Part shown: one piece after another, positions 21,352-28,520 of the stretch
How positions within the stretch are numbered: the first letter of the stretch is position 1
Layout: the number at the start of each line of letters is the position of its first letter
Assembly: GCF_006345805.1 (NCBI RefSeq)
Contig: NW_021833517.1
Location: forward strand, 1-28,520
Direction: 5' to 3'
Length of the DNA: 28,520 nucleotides
Source: Octopus sinensis
Lineage: Eukaryota
Program-made: the position numbers and the translations under genes
Notes under the pieces: generated by a model
The model's input: only the letters and a program-made list of their open reading frames with translations
The model's database searches: none
What the model was told of the DNA's origin: nothing

Positions 21352-21560
21352 ATATATTTGTGTGTCTGTGTTTTTCCCTCTAGCATTGCTTGACAACCGA
21401 TGCTGGTGTGTTTACGTCCCCGTAACTTAGCGGTTCGGCAAAATAGACCGATAGAATAAGTACTGGGCTTACAAAGAATAAGTCCCGGGGTCGATTTGCT
21501 CGACTAAAGGCGGTGCTCCAGCATGGCCGCAGTCAACTGACTGAAACAAGTAAAAGAGAG
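21250..21560 (+). mobile_element. SINE family A with internal deletion of the tRNA head
   Basis: GGCGCAG is joined directly to CTACCAAAACCTTGTG; the 3' half is intact. Confidence 0.88.
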
Positions 21561-22258
21561 ATGAAGAGAATTAAAACCGATACAAAAACTGTAAATTACT
21601 CAATATTTATATTGAAAGTTCATCTTTCTCGCTTTTCTTCACAGTGTATGTTTTCATACATACATACACACGCATACACGTGTCTGTGCACGTGTGTGTG
21701 TGATGTTGTGGGTGCAGATGTACGTGAAACGGCCGAGGGTCTGCAAGTGTACTTTTCAACTTAAACTCAAAGACGCACGAAACGTTTTAAACCTGAATCT
21801 ATAAAGTTATTCCAAATATTTTTAAAGATTTTTTTATTCTCTTTCAGTATTTCTCTTTTTGTTGCTTCACATAAAAAAAAAAGGCTTTTGTTACTGAAAA
21901 AAAAAAATTTTTTTTAAACCCATTAAACATTATATGAGCAAGTTTCTTTCTACGATTTGGTTAAACAGTTGATTGAAAGATGTTTGACGAGTTAAATAAG
22001 TAAAAACAGTAAAACAGCGGCCACGCCACCACCACCACCACCACCACTAATAACAACAATAACAACAACAACAATAAACAACCAAGCGAATCAGTTTACA
22101 ATTTCTTTAGACACACCTAAATATGTTTCAATATATTTAAATATACTACACTTGAAGTCAGTGCAAAGATTTGTTCGGTTTTATGAATAACCCTAACAAA
22201 ATGACACCTGTAATTATAAAGAACACTCTCTCTACCACCACCACCACCACCATCTCTC

Positions 22259-22310
<52 letters not shown>

Positions 22311-22447
22311 GCCTCTTCTCTTCTCTCTTTATAAACAGATCTCTGTGTTTCATTATGGTTACAGAGAGTTTCGTGTAATATTAAAGGGTATGTCAATAAA
22401 AAAACAACCATAAATACAAACAAAATTTTGTTCACTTAATCCTATTT

Positions 22448-23988
22448 TTTTTCTACTCTAGGCACAAAACCCGGATTTTTTCTGTTTGATGGACGGAATT
22501 TTCTAGTTAACTAAACAATTTGAAACTTCGTAAACTTGTAGAATGTGTCAAAAGAAAACATTATTGTAAACAAAATTGAAAACAAAATTGTAATTCGTAA
22601 CTTTAACGTAGTTTAATTCTACGAATTTTAGCCAATGAAATCGCAGCATTCGAGCTCAAATTATTTGCTGCGTCTAAAAACTCACACGCACACGTCTTAT
22701 TCATCCTTTCTCTCTCTTCTGTCTTCTGTCTTCTACATGTGCTAGAAATAACAGCTATATCTCTTAAATCGATGAATTTCGTAGCCCAATAAAAATATTA
22801 ACGATATTTTTTGAATATTTTCTTTATTTTTTTTTTACCGAAAAGGCCTCTCCCATGGTTTTGAAGGGCCAGAAACAACAAAAACAAAACAATAACATGC
22901 CTAAATCGGTCTAGAGTTTGCGCGTGGAGTGTGAGTCGTATTATTTTTATTTTTTATTTTATCTAGTTTCAGCTCACATGCTGGGGCACCGCCATTTGTA
23001 AAAATTTGCGAAATATTTTTTCATAAAAGGATGCCCCAGCTTGTCGGAAGCTGTGATATAAATTGGGGAAAAAATCCTCGATACCAGTGCGTAATTGGTA
23101 CTTAATTTATCGACCCCGAAACGATGAAACATTGACCCCCCCCTTCTGGTTTATTTACCTTTTGTGTAAATTTGTTATGGCAAGGAGCAACTCACGAACG
23201 TGTATGTATGCTTGTGTGCGTATGTGTGTGTATGTATATGTCCGTTTGTATGTGTGTGTACGCTTATATATTAATTACTATGTGCTTGTGCAAATGTATA
23301 TGCATGTGTTTGAGAGAGAAAGAGAGTGTGTGTGTGTGTGTGTGTGTGCATGTGTGTGTGTGTGTGTGCGTGTGTGTGTGTGTGTGTGTCGTGCGTCTGC
23401 TATATTTCTTTATCAATATCGATAACGCAGCAATGCTGGGATTTAATTGGTTAAAATTCGTTGAATTAAACTACGTTTAAGTTACAAATTACGATTTTGT
23501 TTTCAATTTTGTTTACAATTATGTTTTCTTTTGACACATTCTACCAGTATACGAAGTTTCAAATTTTTTAGTTAACTAGAAAATTCCGCCCATCAAACAG
23601 AAAAGATCCCAAAACCCGAAGTTATGGGGGAGGGGACCAGTCGGTTAGATCGACCCCAGTGCGTAACTGGTACTTAATTTATCGAACCCCAGAGGATGAA
23701 AGACAAAGTCGATCTCGGCGGAATTTGAACTCAGAACATAAAAACAGACGAAATACCTATTTCTTTACTACCCACAAGGGGCTAAACACAGAGAGGACAA
23801 ACAAGGACAGACAAACGGATTAAGTCGATTATATCGACCCCAGTGCGTAACTGGTACTTAATTTATCGACCCGGAAAGGATGAAAGGCAAAGTCGACCTC
23901 GGCGGAATTTGAACTCAGAACGTAACGGCAGACGAAATACGGCTACGCATTTCGCCCGGCGTGCTAACGTTTCTGCCAGCTCGCCGCG
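22448..23988 (-). mobile_element. SINE family B (head + A + B) split by a MITE
   Basis: Tail tip 22448-22472 (TTTTCTACTCTAGGCACAAAACCC) continues at 23610 (CAAAACCCGAAGTTATGGGGGAGGGG..); head at about 23988. Confidence 0.9.
22473..23609. mobile_element. MITE with 178-bp TIRs, GG termini and 8-bp TSD (Merlin- or MULE-like)
   Basis: TIRs 22473-22650 / 23432-23609 with 13 mismatches; TSD CAAAACCC (22465-72 / 23610-17); no transposase. Confidence 0.88.
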
Positions 23989-23991
23989 TTA

Positions 23992-24033
<42 letters not shown>

Positions 24034-24057
24034 GTTTCAAATTTTGACACGAGGACA

Positions 24058-24213
24058 GCAATTTTGAGGGAGGGGATGAGTCAATTTCACTGGTACTTAA
24101 GATATCGACCCCAAAAGGATGAAAGGTCAAGTCAACCTCGGAGGAATTTGAACTCAGACGAAATACAGATAAGCATTTCGTCCGGCGCGCTTAAGGATTC
24201 TACCAGCTCGTTG
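24058..24213 (-). mobile_element. SINE family B: diverged head + B with deletions
   Basis: GGATGAAAGGTCAAGTCAACCTCGGAGGAATTTGAACTCAG..GCATTTCGTCCGGCGCG..CTACCAGCTCG. Confidence 0.8.
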
Positions 24214-24284
24214 CGTTGCTCTGTGGACTATATTAGTGGTTAAATACGTGGAGTTTATTTCTACTGTCCACAGACTAGCTTCAG

Positions 24285-25230
24285 GTCATGCTGCCAGAGC
24301 TGGACTCTCAGCGCTTAGCAGTAGATCTTAAAATGAACTGCATGGAAACAAGACATACTCGGTCAGAAGAGGTAACACGAGACAGAGCAGGGGTGGGAAA
24401 TGATGAAATCGAGAAGGTAAAGGAATACGTCTACTTAGGGTGCACAGTGAATACACGTCGAGATATGGATGCTGAAATCCCAAAAGGAATAAGGGCAGAA
24501 TGGAAGGTGTTTAACTCAATAAAGATTATGCTCTAATCAAAGCTAGACAATGTCATACGTGCCAGACTCTTCAACAGCACGGGTCTATATGCGCTCGTAC
24601 ATGAAAGTGGATTGTGGGCCACTACGAAGAGGACAGGACATTGATTGGATACGCAAAGAGCCATGGGCGGTTCCATGCAACGGATATCATTAAGGCGGAG
24701 AGCTGGCAGAGTCGTTAGCACGTCGGGCGAAATGCTTTGCGGTATTTCGTCTGCCGTTACGTTGTGAGTTCAAATTCCGCCGATGTCGACTTTACCTTTC
24801 ATCCTTTCGGGGTCGATAAATTAAGTACCAGTTACGCACTGGGGTCGATGTAATCGACTTAATACCTATGTCTGTCCTTGTTTGTCCCCTCTATGTTTAG
24901 CCCCTTGTGGGTAATAAAGAAATAGGATATCATTGTGAGAGTGTATCTGAGATGAGATGATTCGAGAACGGTGCGGAGTGAACGATGCGATCGTAAAATT
25001 CTGAAAGTAGGAGTTCCGCTGGGCCAGACATGTCGTCGTAAGATTCACAGAATACAGGTCGACCCGTGCAGTTGCCGAGTGGTATCTAAGAGATCGGAAA
25101 GGGCCTCTTAGATGGCCTTCACGATGATAGGAAGACGATTTAGTCAAGCAATTCGGGCTAAAATGCAAAAGAATGGTGCAATGAAGACAAAGCTGGAAGC
25201 ACATTGTGCCCAGCGGTGTGTAACTGGTCG
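24285..25230 (+). mobile_element. RTE-clade LINE, RT C-terminal half and 3' end, interrupted by a SINE
   Basis: MLPEL..LKMN..IEKVKEYVYLG..AEI..IRAEWKVFNSIK..RARLFNS..QRAM..ISL / MIRERCGVNDAI..FRWARHV..AVAEWY.RDRK..SWKHIV; multiple stop codons. Confidence 0.9.
24692..24924 (+). mobile_element. SINE family B: head + A only
   Basis: 10-bp TSD GGATATCATT (24682-91 / 24925-34); removing the SINE restores the RTE reading frame. Confidence 0.94.
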
Positions 25231-25509
25231 ATGCAGGGATACAGTGTTTACTGTCTGGTACTGAATAATGCACACAGAATTGACCATGAGAGAAACGGTT
25301 GTGTTTTAGTGTTTAAACAAAATGCTTTTCAGAGATTCAAAACGAAAGGAAAGAATTGCTGGACAACGGACCCACCTTCATTTTCATTTCACTTCTGGTT
25401 GTGCTTTCGATTTGGAAATGTTGTCCTCCAATGCATCCGTTTCCTGAGACTCTGTTAATCCTCTCTGACTGTGGAATGCCGTCTGACATTGTTTGGAATG
25501 AATCAAAGT

Positions 25510-25614
25510 GAAATAAAGTGTCTTGCCCAAGGACACAACGCGACGGCTGGAATCAAACTCTTCACCTCATGTTCGTCAGCCGAATTCTCTAACCACTTGG
25601 TCATGCGTCCTCAC
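25510..25614 (-). mobile_element. SINE family D head with Meta/V-SINE-like domain
   Basis: Reverse complement GTTGTGTCCTTGGGCAAGACACTTTATTTC downstream of a tRNA-like A/B box region. Confidence 0.75.
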
Positions 25615-25838
25615 TTATTACTGCAGCACTTGAAACACCTAACTAATAACAGACGGCGATCTTTAGGTCACAGGAAAGTGTTGTGACAACACCCACGAGA
25701 TAGCGTTCAGGTTGTGGGATCTGTGGGAATAAAATTTAAAAAGACTGACGTCAAGGAAATGTTGTTGCGATGGGACAGTTTAACCAACAAAAGCGGGTGT
25801 TTGTTTTAGAACATTATAGTAATGAGTTACCTTTAATC

Positions 25839-26150
25839 TTCTATTTGTTTCAGTCATTTGACTGCGGCCCAGCTGGGCCACCGTTTTTGAATATTTTTTA
25901 GTTGGATGGATCGATCCCAACACTTTTGTAAAGCCTGGTGCTTATTCTATTGATATGTGTGTATGTATGTGTCTACATATATATATATACATACATACGA
26001 CGGGCTTCTTTCAGTTTCCGTCTAACAACTCCACTCACAAGGTTTTGGTCAACCCGAGGTTATAGTAGAAGACACTTGCCCAAGGTGCCACACAGTGGGA
26101 CTGAACTCCAAACCATGTAGTTGGAAACAAACTTCTTACCGCACAGACAC
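25839..26150 (-). mobile_element. SINE family A, diverged
   Basis: Reverse complement of head, central domain, microsatellite and a partial 3' half. Confidence 0.85.
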
Positions 26151-26154
26151 GAAC

Positions 26155-26358
26155 TCCAGTACTCATAAGGAGCTTAATGCGGTTTCTGTGGCGTATATAC
26201 CCACCACAGGTTCAACCTTTCCAGGGACTGGTGGAACATATTTAGAGCTGAAATGAAGTGCTTTACTCAAAAACATAATGCGTCGCCCGGTCTGGGAATC
26301 GAAACCAGAATTTCATGATCGTAGTGTAACACCTTTACCACTAGGCCACGTGTTTTCA
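26155..26358 (-). mobile_element. tRNA-derived SINE related to the C/D heads
   Basis: GGTCTGGGAATCGAAACC (reverse-complement B-box) and ACCACTAGGCCAC (reverse-complement A-box). Confidence 0.65.
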
Positions 26359-26577
26359 CTATTGATGAAGTTTAAGGATCTGAAAATATAATAAAAATTG
26401 TTTGTTTGATGCTGAAAAATGTGGGACAGAAGAAGGGCAAAAAGATAAAATCTAAGAAAAAAGTCGATAATACAGCAATTTCGAATGCGTTTTATTACAG
26501 TAATAATAACAATTTGAAAGGAAAAATATAGACAAGGAACGATGTTAAGGTAGGAAAGGTAATATTGTTCACACCTG

Positions 26578-26794
26578 TAAAGCGACGAGCTGGCAGAAAC
26601 GTTAGCACGCCGGACGAAATGCTTAGCGGTATTTCGTCTGTCTTTACGTTCCGAGTTCACATTCCGCCGAGTTCGACTTTGCTTTCATCCTTTCGGAAAT
26701 CGATGAACTAAGTACCAGTTGCGTACTGGGAGAGATCTAATCGACTGGCCCCCTCTCCAAAAATGTCGGGTCTTGTGCCTAGAGTAGAAAAGAG
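26578..26794 (+). mobile_element. SINE family B: head + B only
   Basis: 15-bp TSD TATTGTTCACACCTG (26563-77 / 26795-809). Confidence 0.94.
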
Positions 26795-27214
26795 TATTGT
26801 TCACACCTGGAAAATAAACAAAGATTATTTTAAAATAACATAAAAGGTAGCTGAAGGATAATATCAAAATGACGGATCATGGAATCAATCTGTTATTGTT
26901 GCCAAAATTGGTGAGTCCTAAAGTTTTTAATTTAATTAATGTTAACAACCTGTCATTGTTATGGAAATGACTTCGTCCTAAAGTGGTGATAATAAGCGGC
27001 GTCCACTGTACGTAACTGACTCGATGTTATCATGCCGTAGGTTTGATTTCAAAATACGTATTCGAAGTCACAGTTTCAATTCTAAGTACAGATAGCATCT
27101 GAACACAAAAGCACAAAAACCACACACTTCGAAAACATGGTGTCAACACTGTGTCTGCAGGAGACAAATATGCACGTCTCTGGGTGTTCTATGAGTGAGT
27201 AATTCATAGAGGAC

Positions 27215-27258
<44 letters not shown>

Positions 27259-27319
27259 CACACACACGTGCGCACACACTGGTTGTCAAAGTTTCTATGA
27301 CTCCGGCGCTTCAACGAAT

Positions 27320-27531
27320 ATATTTTTCTAAACATAGAGGGTACAAACAAAGACAGACAAAGGGATTAAGTCGACTACATCGACCCCAGTGCGTAACTGG
27401 TACTTAATTTATCGACCCCGAAAGGATGAAAGGCAAAGTCGACCTCGGCGGAATTTGAACTCAGAACATAACGGCAGACGAAATACGGCTACGCATTGCG
27501 CCCGGCGTGCTAACGATTCTGCCAGCTCGCC
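27320..27531 (-). mobile_element. SINE family B: head + A, 3' end clipped
   Basis: Nearly identical to the head and module A of the copy at 23760-23988. Confidence 0.92.
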
Positions 27532-27759
27532 CACACTTTAGCTTTTGCTGTTCTTTGTACAGCTTCTCTTCTGACGGCCTCATGTAGTGCAGTTATTTAA
27601 CTGGGGAATATCCTAAGAAATCGGTCAAGAGTCTCTTTCCAATCTCCTCTTTTCCAGCTCTCAGCATATCAACGACGTCAAGTAGACTTGAAGTCGGTGA
27701 TATTTAGTGGTTAACAATTGGTGCCGAAAGGATATGATGCTGTTCGGATCTGCCCATCT

Positions 27760-27954
27760 TCCGTATATATATATATAGATATATATATATACTATATATA
27801 TATATATATATATATATCTATATATATATATATGTATGCTTACGTGCATGAATATATGAATGTTTTGCATTGCATGCATATATGTATGTGTGTATGCATG
27901 TATGTATTCACATACGTAGAACATTTGTGTGTATGTGTGCATATATATATGTGT

Positions 27955-28023
<69 letters not shown>

Positions 28024-28025
28024 CA
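27760..28025. repeat. (TA)n/(TG)n/(GATA)n microsatellites
   Basis: Direct inspection. Confidence 0.93.
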
Positions 28026-28304
28026 GAAGAAGAGAGAAAGATAATGATGCAAATAAACAAATAAACCACTTGGGCTAGATATATAAAAATATACATACAT
28101 AGTCAAGGATATGCAACCAATAGTGGAAGTATATAAAGATGAGGTACATTAGGCCTCCGTTTTCAGGGTGAAGAGACATCTCTACTGCATCTGCCATCAT
28201 ATGAAGTAATTCCGAGCGCCTAGAAACAGCTGTCGGGACTGTAAAATCATATCTTCTCCAATTAATTTTCTGTCTCTTTGTATTCTGTGTAAGTTTGCTC
28301 TGTT

Positions 28305-28364
28305 GATATATATATATGTATATTAATAATATATAATATACATATATTATATATATAATATATC

Positions 28365-28396
<32 letters not shown>

Positions 28397-28433
28397 CTAT
28401 ATAATATATATATATATATATCTTATATATATA

Positions 28434-28470
<37 letters not shown>
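28305..28470. repeat. (TA)n tract
   Basis: Direct inspection. Confidence 0.95.
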
Positions 28471-28472
<2 letters not shown>

Positions 28473-28520
28473 CTCTTACTCTTTTACTCTTTTACTTGTT
28501 TCAGTCATTTGACTGCAGCC
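28471..28520 (-). mobile_element. SINE family A 3' tail, running off the window edge
   Basis: CTCTTTTACTTGTTTCAGTCATTTGACTGCAGCC is the reverse complement of the A tail, with an (AAGAGTAA)n terminus. Confidence 0.85.

Noticed and set aside
17213-27531. Recurrent GTCGA-rich direct repeats that superficially resemble a CRISPR array
   Set aside because: They are dispersed SINE B modules with TSDs, with no unique regularly sized spacers and no cas genes.
27560-27760. Weak CR1-like peptide (ELEKRRLERD) on the minus strand
   Set aside because: Too short and stop-ridden to support a call.
28200-28240. GAAAC-AGCT-GTC, the 3' half of a minimal hammerhead
   Set aside because: No recognisable CUGANGA or stem II upstream; too degenerate to call.

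Overview
AT-rich, repeat-saturated eukaryotic DNA with no supportable host protein-coding exon, so it is probably intronic or intergenic. The SINE families and the dense (TA)n/(TG)n/(TACA)n/(GATA)n tracts match what I recognise as octopus (cephalopod) genomic repeats; that assignment is recognition, not a database result. Contents: (i) several tRNA-derived SINE types, labelled A-E here as my own labels; (ii) LINE relics (2 CR1-group, 1 RTE, 3 restriction-like-endonuclease/R2-group C-termini); (iii) DNA elements (an internally deleted Chapaev3-like transposase relic, a non-autonomous Helitron, a 1.14-kb MITE with 178-bp TIRs and an 8-bp TSD, a hAT-like end); (iv) Penelope-like (PLE) remnants. 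The most interesting signal is a set of five minimal hammerhead-ribozyme-like folds at 2496-2551, 4029-4092, 7146-7250, 11109-11161 and 14932-14980. One lies in a 309-bp TSD-flanked element that joins a Pol III tRNA head to a hammerhead-like tail and has an inverted terminal copy. Another is bracketed by 65-bp direct repeats. Long fold-back palindromes are embedded in (TA)n tracts, including a perfect 155-bp one. Almost all ORFs in the track are microsatellite or SINE artefacts. Boundaries without a TSD are approximate, and all alignments were done by eye.
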